Assembly (NCBI GenBank): GCA_002269645.1
Contig: NIVC01004793.1
Coordinates: 1 to 34,976 of the forward strand
Direction of reading: 5' to 3'
From: Macrostomum lignano
Lineage: Eukaryota
Length of the DNA stretch: 34,976 bases
In this document: positions 11,265 through 21,020 of the stretch, piece after piece
Numbering within the stretch: position 1 is the first letter of the stretch
Layout: every line of letters starts with the position of its first letter
The notes under the pieces: model-generated
The model's database searches: none
What the model saw: the letters and a program-made list of their open reading frames with translations, nothing else
What the model was told of the DNA's origin: nothing
Position numbers and translations under genes: made by a program

Positions 11265-14200
11265 TCAACCGGCCACATAGCGATCCACCGGCATCCGCCT
11301 ACGCACCGGGTAGCGTCTCGGGGGCGGCTCCTCGTCCGCCTCATCGCCGCCGTGCGCCGCGTGCGCAAAGCGCGGCTGCAGGAAGCGCTCTCCGTCAGGG
11401 ACTGGCAGGATCCGCGGCCGCAGACGATTCACATTCACCCTGCGGGTCCGGCCGTTCTCGATCTTTTGGATTTCGACTACCAGATCCCGCTGCGACAGCA
11501 CCTACCACCCCGGCTCCCAGTAAGGCGCCAGCTTGGAGCCCCTCAGCTCGATGCGCAGCAGGACCTCGTCTCCAGGACTGAACATGCGCAGCTGCCCGGT
11601 CGACCTGTCGTAGCCGCTCTTTTGCTCGCCAGCCGCCTGCACCAGATGCTCCTCGACAAACTCTCGAATTCGCAGCAGGTCGCCTTCGAGCTTGTCGGCG
11701 TAGGTGCGCACGTCATAGAATCGCCTGGACTGCTGGCTGATGACCGGCAGGCTCGGATCGCGCCCGGTGAACACCTTCAGTGGCGGCAGCTGTGTTGAGC
11801 AGTGCACCCGGGAATTGTAGGACAGCAGGATCAGTGGCAGCTTGTCCTCCACTCGCTCTCTCGCTCGGTGAAACACCTGAGTAACTGCAGCACTGACTTG
11901 TTGCCCGACTCCGCTAATCCGTTGCCTTTGGGATTGTAAGCCGTTGTTCTTGTCTTCGTGACTCCCAGGCCTCGCAGAGTGTCTTGAAAAAGCTGAGACT
12001 CGAAATTCGGTCCTTGATCGGAGTGGATGACTCGGGGAAGTCCAGTCTGGGAGCAGATGGAGAGGAAGGCGCGAGCAGTAGTCTCAGCAGTCTGGTCAGG
12101 AATCGCCACGGCCGTCAGGTACTTGGAAAACTGATCCTGAGCCACCAGCAGGTATTTGTTGCCGCGCGATGATGGCGCCACCTTGACGATGTCGATAGCC
12201 ACAGAATCCCACGGCGAGCCGATTGGCAGTTCTCCGAGTGGCGCGCTGGTCCGCGAGCCCGCTTTCTTCTCCTGACAGACAGAACAACTCTGGCAGTGTT
12301 GCACGATGTCTTCAGCCATGCCGGGCCAGTAGGCGGTCAGTTTCAGTGTGCGGTAGCATTTCTCGGCTCCGAAATGACCTCCCAGACCTTCGTGAGCGTT
12401 GGTCAAAAACTGTTGTCGAAGCCGCGCTGGCACCACTGGAACCTCCCGCAGGCCGTCCGGGTCATTGAACTTGCGCAGTAGAACACCGTCATCATCCAGC
12501 TTCAGCTTCTTCCAGATTCTGCCGAGTTGCTGCAGTGGTCCTGCTCGCCATCTGGGTGCAATTTCTGCGTCCTTGTCCATCGCCTGAATCACCTGGCTGA
12601 GCTCCGGGTCATGTCGCTGCGCAGTTTTGAGCTCTTCAGTGTCGATTTCCGGAGTCAGCTGCGTAGCTGCGACTTCTTGGCCGTGCAGTCTGGACAGCGC
12701 GTCAGCATCTGAGTTCTCAACGCCTCTTCGGTACTTGACGGTGAAGTCGAACTCTTGAAGCAGCAGACGCCATCGTCCTAGCCTGCCGTAGCTGTCAACT
12801 CTCTGTGAATCGATGTAGGTGAGCGGGCAGTGATCCGTGTGCACCGTGAAATGCTTGCCGAGAAGATAGTGGCGAAAAACTTTGAATGCGTGCAGGATGG
12901 CCAGGCACTCCTTTTCTGTTGCAGAGTATTTCTTCTCAGCTGAATTGAATGCGCGGCTTGAGAACTCGATCACCGCCTCGCCTTGCTTGAGAATTGCACC
13001 GACTCCGCTGCCACTGGCATCCGTGAAGACTGAGAACTCCTTAGTTAAATCCGGGTTCACCAGGATCGGAGGACTAATTAGGCACCTTTTGAGCTCGTCG
13101 AAGGCCGTCTGGCATTCCGAAGTCCAGTCAAATGGAACGCCCTTGCCAGTCAGATGGTGCAGCGGTGCGGCGATGGCAGCGAAGTTGGCTACATGGCGTC
13201 GGTATTGGTTGCACAGGCCGATGAACTGACGCACCTCCTTGGCTGACCTCGGCTCTCTCCACTGCTGAATTGCCTCCAGCTTCTCCTGGCTGGGCTGGGC
13301 AACATCCTTTGAATACCGTGTGCCGAGAAAGGTCACTTCGGGTACCGCGATCTTGCACTTGGAGCCTTTTAATGTCAGTCCGGCTGCTCGAAGTCGCTCG
13401 AAGGTCTCTCGAAGTTGCCGCAGATGATCCGACTTGGTCTTTGAGAAGCACAGGCTGTCATCGAAGAACGTGAAGATGAAATCGCAGCCGTTGAAAACTT
13501 TTGACATTAGCATGCAGAATGTGCTTGGGCCCCCCGACAGACCTTGGGGCATTCTCTTAAATTGGTACAGCGGCATCCCTGGTCCCGGACAGAAAGCAGT
13601 TTTTAGCTTGTCTTCTTCTGCCATCGGAATTTGAAAATAGCCTCCATTGAGATCCAACACAGAGAACACTGAACTGCCTGCGATTCGATCTCTTGCCTCC
13701 TCCATCAACGGAATTCCCTGTGCAGAGCGAATAGTCTTCTTGTTGATCTCTCGACAGTCTATGGTCAGGCGGAGACTGCCATCCTTCTTTGTCACGTACA
13801 CCGGTGGGGCCACGTACGGACTTTCGCTCAGCTCTATCACGTCGTTCTCCAGCAGTTCCTGAATCAGCTGCTCTACCTTCTCCCGGTAATGCACAGGCAT
13901 TCGGCGCGGTGGCACTCGGACAGGTACTTCATCCGAGAGAACAATTCGGTGCTGTTGCAGATGAGTTAGTCCCGGCTTTTTCTTGAACAAGTCTTTGAAC
14001 TCCACCAGCAGCCGTTGTACATCAGGGTCGTCGGTAGTCGGCAACTCGAACTCTTCACAGCTGAACTCGGGGACGAGTGCGTCTTCGATGTCAACTGGAT
14101 CGTCGGTGTCAGCCTGGAATCTGGTGCTGCAGACTTGGCCGGCTTCTTGTGAAGATCCTGTGAAGTCCAGTTGCAAATTATGCTTGCCGATGAAGTCGAC

Positions 14201-14599
14201 TCCAACAATGACAGGGCAGACCAAACCTGACACAACGAAAAACAATTGCCGGGCTGTCACTCCACCGACTGTAAGTGGCGATTCAATTTGCCGTTCTATG
14301 CTAATTGGCTGCTTGTTCACTGAATGAAGTTGCACTCTGGCTGCAGTTGCCTGTCTGAGCTGGGATTTTGTCAGGATGCTGGACTCAACTAGTGAGCACT
14401 GGCTTCCGGTGTCTAACAGCGCCTTCACACTTCTGCCATCAAGCTTGCACTCACACTGCGATAGTCGGTCGGGCGCGACGCTGCATCCGTCGAAGATCCC
14501 GCCGACTGTGAGCGCCGGCCTTGAAGCCGCTGCTGCTGGGCCCGCAGTTACTGCTGGCCGGGGTTGCGGGCCCGCACACCCCAGCCTCTGGCGTTTCCC
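11265..14599 (-). pseudogene. pol: Gypsy pol (protease, RT, RNase H, integrase); one 1-nt deletion (~11850) and one TAG (11502-11504)
   Basis: 929-aa ORF: LLDTGSQ, LDLNGGYFQI, FFDD, TDASGSG, EKECLAI, TDHCPL, HEGLGGH..CSVC, SDQGPNFE, NGLAE; C-terminus continues in ORFs 11502-11876 and 11265-11501. Confidence 0.93.
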
Positions 14600-15357
14600 G
14601 GCTGTCGCCTGTTGTAGCAATCTCTGGCAATGTGGCCGGCCTTGTGGCAGTTGTAGCAGATGATGTCAGACTTCGAACAGTGCTGCGGTCTCGTTGTGCT
14701 ACTCGTCCTCACTCCACAGGCTGCCAGCTGCTGCAGCTGGGAACTCAGGGTGCTCACCGATGCCTGCAGACTCTGCACAGTGTCCCGCAGCTCCTGAACT
14801 TCGCTGGATTGGCTCGACTGAGGTTGCACCGCTGCTGCTGGGATGCTTGGCGAGCTGTGCTGCATCAGTAGCTGGGCCTTTTGAAGCGCTTGCTCTGAGG
14901 TCTTAACGCTGGAGTCCGCACGAATCTGCCAGCTCACGGATTCGGGAAGGCCACAGACGAACTGATGGAACAGCAGAGCCTCTTGAGCATATTTGTTGTC
15001 CACGGAGGAGCTTTTGAGCATCTTCTTTAACTCGTAAAGATACATGCGTGGAGTCTCATTCGACAAAATCTTCCTTGATTTGAACGCCTCCATGACGGCG
15101 AAGTGCTCGCGGTTCGGGTGGAATGCATCATCCAATGCCTGGACTACTTTGTCCTAGTCTGCCTGATCTCCTGCCGACAGTTCCAAATAAACGACGAGAG
15201 CCTCGCCATCCAAAAATGTGGCCAGTCGCTCCGCTTTGCACGTGTCCCACTTGTTGACTTTTGCGCATACATTGAAACGCTGCAGCCATTCCTTAAAGTT
15301 GCCGGTACTGAAAACTCTGGGCAGCGCTGCACTGGCGGTCAAACCTTTCTCAGCCAT
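14548..15357 (-). pseudogene. gag: Gypsy gag with CCHC knuckle; one in-frame TAG at 15154-15156
   Basis: ATG at 15357 (MAEKGLT..FKEWLQRF), QAD*DKVVQAL continuing in frame to CYNCHKAGHIARDC and a stop at 14548. Confidence 0.9.
14557..14599 (-). promoter_or_regulatory. -1 programmed ribosomal frameshift signal (G GGA AAC plus downstream hairpin)
   Basis: Heptamer GGGAAAC (14593-14599) in the gag frame, 7-nt spacer, then stem GCTGGGGT-g-TGCG/GGCC/CGCA-ACCCCGGC (14557-14585); pol is in the -1 frame. Confidence 0.8.
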
Positions 15358-15371
15358 TCTAGAATAATTTG

Positions 15372-15382
15372 CTCTGCTACCA
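15372..15382 (-). promoter_or_regulatory. Primer-binding site copy 2 (gag-proximal)
   Basis: TGGTAGCAGAG, complementary to the 3' end of animal initiator tRNA-Met; part of the 13-bp TSD. Confidence 0.85.
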
Positions 15383-15412
15383 GGTAATAGTAAGACAAAA
15401 CTCAATATTATT

Positions 15413-15450
15413 TGCGACGCGTTTCGGCTAAAACTAGCCATCTTCAGGCA
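15413..15450 (-). ncRNA. Type I minimal hammerhead ribozyme (left arm)
   Basis: Minus strand TGC-CTGAAGA-T-GGCTA-GTTT-TAGCC-GAAA-CGCGTC-GCA; predicted cleavage after GTC (between 15416 and 15415). Confidence 0.8.
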
Positions 15451-15597
15451 CTATCGAACAGAATTTATTTCAACCTATTAAATACTGTGTAGACGACAAA
15501 ATCAGGTATTGAAAAGATATAAAAGGACTAAAGGATCAATGTACAGTATAGCAATGTTCATAATATTTTTTTGTGGAATGACAGGACAGAGAAAAAA

Positions 15598-15600
<3 letters not shown>

Positions 15601-15648
<48 letters not shown>
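15601..15648. repeat. (AG)24 microsatellite; its mirror (CT)15 is at 15865-15894
   Basis: Read directly; accounts for nearly all of the length difference between the two arms. Confidence 0.95.
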
Positions 15649-15654
<6 letters not shown>

Positions 15655-15720
15655 GCGTATGCGCCCCAAATGTACTCTAGCTTAGAACACTAACATAGAC
15701 ATAGACATAGACAACAACAA

Positions 15721-15831
15721 AAATGAGCATAAACTTAACATTCTTGAAGCTCTGCAATTAAGTTACACAAACCCACTCTCAATGTCCAACTATCTGGAGG
15801 AGGTGCGAGTGAACAGCTGTTGGTGTTCTAA
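15721..15831 (+). pseudogene. C-terminus of a Penelope GIY-YIG endonuclease
   Basis: NEHKLNILEAL-(1-nt indel)-IKLHKPTLNVQLSGGGASEQLLVF*, matching the LEALxI..KPxLNxQ..LxLF end typical of PLE ORFs. Confidence 0.75.
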
Positions 15832-15858
15832 GCTAGAGTACATTTGGGGCGCATACGC

Positions 15859-15897
<39 letters not shown>

Positions 15898-16045
15898 TTT
15901 TTTTCTCTGTCCTGTCATTCCACAAAAAAATATTATGAACATTGCTATACTGTACATTGATCCTTTAGTCCTTTTATATCTTTTCAATACCTGATTTTGT
16001 CGTCTACACAGTATTTAATAGGTTGAAATAAATTCTGTTCGATAG

Positions 16046-16083
16046 TGCCTGAAGATGGCTAGTTTTAGCCGAAACGCGTCGCA
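16046..16083 (+). ncRNA. Type I minimal hammerhead ribozyme (right arm)
   Basis: CTGAAGA 16049-16055, stem II GGCTA/TAGCC, GAAA 16071-16074, palindromic ACGCGT stem III, GTC cleavage triplet ending at 16080, short stem I TGC/GCA. Confidence 0.8.
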
Positions 16084-16138
16084 AATAATATTGAGTTTTG
16101 TCTTACTATTATCTGTTAAGAGTGCTTCTCTACCGCAG

Positions 16139-16149
16139 CTCTGCTACCA
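16139..16149 (-). promoter_or_regulatory. Primer-binding site copy 1 (LTR-proximal)
   Basis: TGGTAGCAGAG 2 nt downstream of the 5' LTR end on the minus strand; iMet-tRNA complement. Confidence 0.9.
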
Positions 16150-16151
16150 GT

Positions 16152-16367
16152 TGTAGACTAAGGCAGAGAGATACAACTGAGAGTTGACGAAGCCTCTTGG
16201 CGTTTATTAGATCGATACGCATGTTAAATACGATACAACGATTGTTACATAACTGGGTATAAAAGATAGAGACAGGGGTGGGTGAAAAGCACGTACATGC
16301 TGTACAATAGCAACCCCCACCCCGCTCTAGCGACTGGCGCATACAAGTACACTTGCAACTCACTACA
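16152..16367 (-). repeat. 5' LTR
   Basis: Direct repeat of 10895-11109 with 2 differences. Confidence 0.95.
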
Positions 16368-16559
16368 TATTGACAGAGAACATACTTGGCGCAAAGACAC
16401 AGTAAGCCCCGAACCGATTGTTTTGTTGTCTAGGGCACAATCTATTATTTTATAATAAAGTAGTTACGACACGCATCCCAAGAGGAGTTAATCAAGCGGA
16501 GCAATACGATAGCTCGAACCGCTTAAGAGAACCATTGCCTTCCTTACTTAAATGTAGTA

Positions 16560-16985
16560 GCTCCAGGTCGGAGCAGAAGACGAAACACCGCTTGGCAATC
16601 AGGAAGAGATGCTGTGCTCCTTAAACAACAGTACGAAGTACTTATCCTAGCTGGATGTGTCGCAAGACACTGACACCCATTACAACAGATCCAGACCGGA
16701 AGCAATTGCGACCCCAACAGAGACGGGTTCGAGAGCGGTCAAGAAGCGTCAGGTCAACAAGACAACCTGGCAGTTGGACCGGCACCACCCCGAACTGAGG
16801 AGCCGACTCCGCAAGAACAAACGCACCCCATGCAGCTGCGGGATCGGTCAAAGCACCGAAGAGGGTTCAAGCCACCAGGGGAAGGAGATGATACGTATTA
16901 CCATTTGCGTTGACGAACTTAAGAGCGAACTTATATTGTTTTAACTCATATTGTTTTATTTGTCCCTTTCCCCGCTGTTACATCT
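16560..16985 (+). mobile_element. 3' tail of a Gypsy pol, PPT and start of an LTR
   Basis: Low-complexity integrase-tail-like coding sequence, then AGGGGAAGGAGA (16877-16888) followed by TGATACG; LTR end not defined. Confidence 0.45.
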
Positions 16986-17018
16986 ATGGCTCAGAGTGTG
17001 AAAGAACTTTTGTGTATA

Positions 17019-18370
17019 CTTCGGCTGTCAGGAAAGTCGTGAGAATGTGTCGATTAAGCAAGAAAGCAGCAAGCTGTTGACGTGGCACACAGAAATTTTC
17101 AATAATAGACTTATATATGTCTCTGGTGAAAATTCTTGTTATTCTAGTAGCAAAATTGGGGGCAGGGGCGAGCTCAGTATAAAGTGCTCAATAGCAAATG
17201 CAACGCGGTGATCAAGCTTGAAAATTTTGACAGCGAGTTCTTCAAAATGGAAGACTTCCAGGGTTATGCCTATGCTAGATACCGTCTTGGAATCTCCGCT
17301 CTCAGCTGCCATGACGAGCTGCTCAAAGTTTATGGAGATGCTGCACCAGGTCAGTCAACGGTTTACAGATGGTATTCGAAGTTCCGTGACGAAGCATTTC
17401 CCCCGGTCTCAGCTCCTCGGACTGGCCGGCCACGGTCAACAAGGACAGCGGAACTGATCGAAACCTGCCGAGCTCTTGTTGAAGAGGATCCAAAAGTTTG
17501 TGTCCGAGACCTCGCTGACTTTTTGGAAGTTGGAAAAACAACAGTGCACGAAGTTTTGACTGAGGATTTGCACCTTCGAAACGTTTCTGCTTTCTGGGTT
17601 CTGCATGCTCTATCCGAGGAGAAAAAGTCTGCTCGCATCAATTGTGCCAAGCAAATTCGCAGGCTTTTTTCAACGAGAGCATGGAAAACTTTTGCGACAA
17701 GTACGTAGTGGGGGATGAGACATGGGTGTACCTGAAAAACACTGGCACAAAGCAAAACAACAGGTGCTGGCTTGGCCAAGGGGATCATCGGCCCCAGGTT
17801 GTCAGGCACTCAGTCGGCAATGCAAAGACAATGCTTCTGGTTGCTTTTACTCCAAACAAGCGCTTCTCCATTGAATCCACAGCCCCAAAGCAGACTGTTG
17901 ATGCAAATGGCATAGTTGAGTTCATTCGGCACACCGGAGACCTATGGCGTACTCTCAGGTCAAGGCCAATTCATCTGTCGGATGTTCTTTGGCAGTGGGA
18001 CAATTGCGCGACCTCACGTGGCTCGTTCTGTGCAGCAGTACATGGAGTCCCGTGGAGTTCAGCTGGTGTTTCAGAGTCCTTACAGCCCAGACTTTAATTT
18101 GTGCGACCGTTTTTTGTTCAGTTGGATGAAGACTGATTTCTCCAGGCGAGTGTTCAGCGACCACAATCAAGTTCGAGAAGCTGCGTTGCAATGGGCAAGA
18201 GGCCTTGACGAAGATTGCTTGAAAAGAGAGGTTCAGCGACTCGTTGACCATTGCTAATCTGTAATCAACGCAAGGGGAGATTACATTACCAACTAGTACA
18301 GTTATCGTGTTTTCTGATAGTTCTGACTGGTTTTTTAAATACATTCTCACGACTTTCCGGACAGCCGGAG
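17019..18370 (+). mobile_element. Complete mariner (Tc1/mariner, DD34D) element, 1352 bp
   Basis: 30-bp TIRs 17019-17048 / 18341-18370 (2 mismatches), TA on both flanks, transposase motifs. Confidence 0.93.
17247..18296 (+). pseudogene. Mariner transposase with two frameshifts and one stop (18255-18257)
   Basis: TVYRWYSKF, PRTGRP, WVLHAL (WVPHEL-like), GDETWV, WDN-ARPH, YSPDFNLCD; 34 residues between the second and third Asp. Confidence 0.9.
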
Positions 18371-18599
18371 TAAAATTACTTGCTAGTTTATGTCAAAGAC
18401 CTCGCAGTCTTGCCCAGTTGAATAGCTGAGAATCGCAAGAGTTTTTATTTTTATCACTGCTACGCTCTAGCCTCACGGGCATCAATAAGCAAGTACAGCT
18501 ATTCAAACGCCGGGGCTTCCGTCTTCTTACAATCACAACACAGGGAGCGGTCCCGCAAACCGATTTGAGTAGGGCTCAGCGGAGCCGAGCAGAGAAGGT

Positions 18600-18905
18600 A
18601 AGCCTTGGCCGGGAGCAGTGTGTAAATAGCAGCAGCTCATTAAATTAGACCACGTTCGTCCTCTGGGACTGGAACTCTCGGACGTTACACAAGTGAAAGC
18701 CCATTTTAGTGCGTTTGCAAGTGGTGAAATCCGACCGCTCTTTTGCTTTGCTGGGACGAGATTGTAGATAACATCGAGATGGACAGTGTCGCTATCGGAC
18801 ACACACAGGCGCATATCCAGACGGGATTCAAAGCTACTGTGGGGCTTCGAAATGACGCAGTGCCGAAACACATCAAGGCGCACCTAGTTCTATTTGCTCT
18901 TCGAG
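18600..18905 (+). pseudogene. Highly decayed Gypsy gag-pol relic
   Basis: IQTGFKATVGLRNDAVPKHIKAHLVLFALR resembles the protease-RT linker (FKA.I.L..DA.P...AR.VPFALR). Confidence 0.45.
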
Positions 18906-18920
18906 ATTGACTCCGAGGGT

Positions 18921-19012
18921 ATTCTCATTTCGCCGATTCTCGTTTCGCCGAATCTCATTTCGCCGATTCTCGTTTCGCCGAAATTCTCATTTCGCCGATT
19001 CTCGTTTTGCCG
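18921..19012 (+). repeat. Six 15-17-bp tandem units ATTCTC(A/G)TTTCGCCG, alternating A/G
   Basis: Read directly; forms three ~30-bp dimers. Confidence 0.9.
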
Positions 19013-19499
19013 AAATTAATTTCATAACCATCTGGACACTAGACCATAGACAACTACACTAATGCAAATGTGATTTAGATGCGAATGTGATTTCATTGCG
19101 CGCTATATCTTGTTAGTCAGCAAAATGTCTAAAACACCCCAGAGATCGCCATTAATGGCACACCCCCGCCACAGATGTCACCATCAAGAGCATCAAGGAT
19201 ACCGCCACCAAGCGGAAGCAGCGAACCAGGTCGCCAAGGGTTAGCCAAATGGGCGGCGACGCCTCCCCGCTGTATTCGGATTCCCGAAACCCCTGCAGCT
19301 AAGTCAAAGTAATTCAATGTCATACCTATCAAAGAACGAACGTCGGACACGTTACTTGGTGTTGGTGCTTCATGAATAGCCAGAACTTTCTCTTTCGAGA
19401 GATGTATTCCGAATATACCGGTAAATTCGGTAAAATACCGGTAAAAACCAGAAATTCGATTCTGTTAAGACGGAATTACCACTTTTCATACTTGAAATC

Positions 19500-19620
19500 T
19501 CACTATTGGGCTAGGAGACGTTCCAATACAGCTTTACTGTTTTCGTTGTCATTCAAGCAACTGCCGGATACAAGAATGTCGTCTATAAGACAAAAACTTC
19601 CAAGCCATGTAAAATCTTCT
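19500..19620 (-). pseudogene. pol: Gypsy RT relic
   Basis: CLIDDILVSGS..NDNENSKAVLERL in ORF 19503-19685(-). Confidence 0.55.
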
Positions 19621-19679
19621 CCATCGGATCTTAAAATTTTTGCAGATGCTAATACCAGACCCATTGTTAGACTGCTGCC

Positions 19680-20512
19680 ATGCACAACGGTAAGGAGGAC
19701 CTGGACGACGAGCTCCGCACTGGAAGACCAATGAGTGCTCGGACCGCCGACCTGGTGAGTCTGGTGAAGGACGCTGTGCTGCAGGACCGTCAGTTGACCG
19801 CGCGGAAGCTCGCTGGTGAGATTGGAATGTCCGATGGTTCAGTCCACAAGATCCTGATTGAGGACCTTGGCAAGGTCTGTGATAAGAGGGTCTCACATCT
19901 TCTCACCGATGACAAGCGGAGTTGCCATGTGCACCTCCCACCTGCAGCGGTATTTGCGAGAGGGCATGGTTGCATGCGAGGAGGCATGGGTTATTCGTGG
20001 GAGGCTAAGCTGAAGCGGTAAAGTGGCAAGTGGAGTCGCCCTGGTTCTCCCCGACCCCAAAAGGTCGTCAGATGCAATAGGCAGCTAAAAGTCATGCACA
20101 AGACGTTCCTTGACCACCATGACCTGCTGTTTGACAAGCCGGTGCCAGCAGGACATAGAGTTAACAGCGAATTTTACCTGACGGTGCTTGAAAAAATCGC
20201 CGGGCCATTCACAAGCCCTATTGTGCTCTAAGACAACGCAGCTATTCATCAAAAGTAGAGCGTGCTGACTGCATCGAGTCATGGGGGTGGAAAATTCTTC
20301 GCATTCGCATTGCTTCCTGAACCTAAGCCCATGCGACTTCTACTTCTTCCCCGGCATTAAGGAGTCCAGGCAGGGCCAGCGTTTCGGCACGGAGGAATTG
20401 AACCGGGCCTACAAGGCGGGAATCGCGACTGTTGCGAACAATCCCATGAGTGCTGGCATCGAGGAGGTGGCGTTGGCAGAAATGCACGGAGGCTGAAGGT
20501 GCTAGTTTGAGT
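19680..20512 (+). mobile_element. Second mariner transposase relic (different subfamily), 5'-truncated and decayed
   Basis: DDELRTGRP, ARKLAGEIGMSDGSVHKIL, RPGSPRPQK, VNSEFYLTVL, *DNAAIH, LSPCDFYFFPGIK, WQKCTEAEG; TIRs not resolved. Confidence 0.8.
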
Positions 20513-20754
20513 GAAAAAAAAACAAAACGAATAAGTGTGTGTCGTTTTTTCGCTGTTCATCGTTTTGTTGTGTATAAATTTATTCAATTTAGAACCGGCC
20601 TCTTCGATTTCAACGACGGCGGTCCAACGAAGAATTACACAAATTTGCACATAACATAAGCCAGGTTGAGTCATAATGCAGAAATTTCAAAAGGCGTTTG
20701 CTTTTCCTGCGGCAAGTAGTCAAGACACTTAAGATCTACCTAATTTTGGTAAGT

Positions 20755-21020
20755 CAACGTGCAACAAGTGCGGCAAGCAAGGTCAAATTGCGACGGTGTG
20801 CCGATCTGGAGTTACGAAAATGCAACTGTAACGAACTGGAAAATTCCAACAGTGAGACCGATAAACTACCCAGACTCTTTCTATAGGAATCGCAGTTTAC
20901 AGCAGTCATTCATGGTACAAGAAGTTTAAGATTGGGAATCTCCGCTCAAGAATGTGTATCGACACTGGCAGCCAAATATCCGCATTATCAGAAGAGCTTG
21001 CAATCAGGACTTTTGGGAGC
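20755..21020 (+). pseudogene. Gypsy gag knuckle and aspartic protease relic
   Basis: STCNKCGKQGQIATVCRS followed by MCIDTGSQISALSEE. Confidence 0.7.

Larger units (their letters stand above)
15384..16137 (+). mobile_element. Penelope-like element, 5'-truncated, with inverted pseudo-LTR (754 bp)
   Basis: Inverted arms 15385-15690 / 15823-16111, GIY-YIG-type C-terminus in the spacer, hammerhead motif in each arm, 13-bp TSD GCTCTGCTACCAG (15371-15383, 16138-16150). Confidence 0.88.
10895..16367 (-). mobile_element. Full-length young Gypsy LTR retrotransposon (LTR-PBS-gag-pol-PPT-LTR)
   Basis: 215/216-bp LTRs differing by one substitution and one 1-nt indel; 4-bp TSD TATT (10891-10894, 16368-16371); PBS, PPT, gag with CCHC and pol PR-RT-RH-INT. 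Confidence 0.95.
10884..16471. mobile_element. Short solo LTR (~111 bp: 10884-10894 plus 16372-16471) split by the full-length Gypsy
   Basis: TGTTGTA...TACGACA termini, AATAAA near the right end, flanks CGCT / CGCA (4-bp TSD with one mismatch); removal restores tac ccg ctt ccc aag (YPLPK). Confidence 0.6.

Noticed and set aside
15782-15994. Small ORFs containing SLSLSL / ERERER
   Set aside because: Translations of the (CT)n/(AG)n microsatellite in the PLE pseudo-LTR.
18391-18540. Possible solo LTR (TG...CA) containing an 11-bp inverted repeat (18418-18428 / 18496-18506)
   Set aside because: No TSD, PBS or PPT; the inverted repeat alone does not define an element.
18921-19012. Possible CRISPR array
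   Set aside because: Units are contiguous with no unique spacers, there are no cas genes, and the context is eukaryotic.
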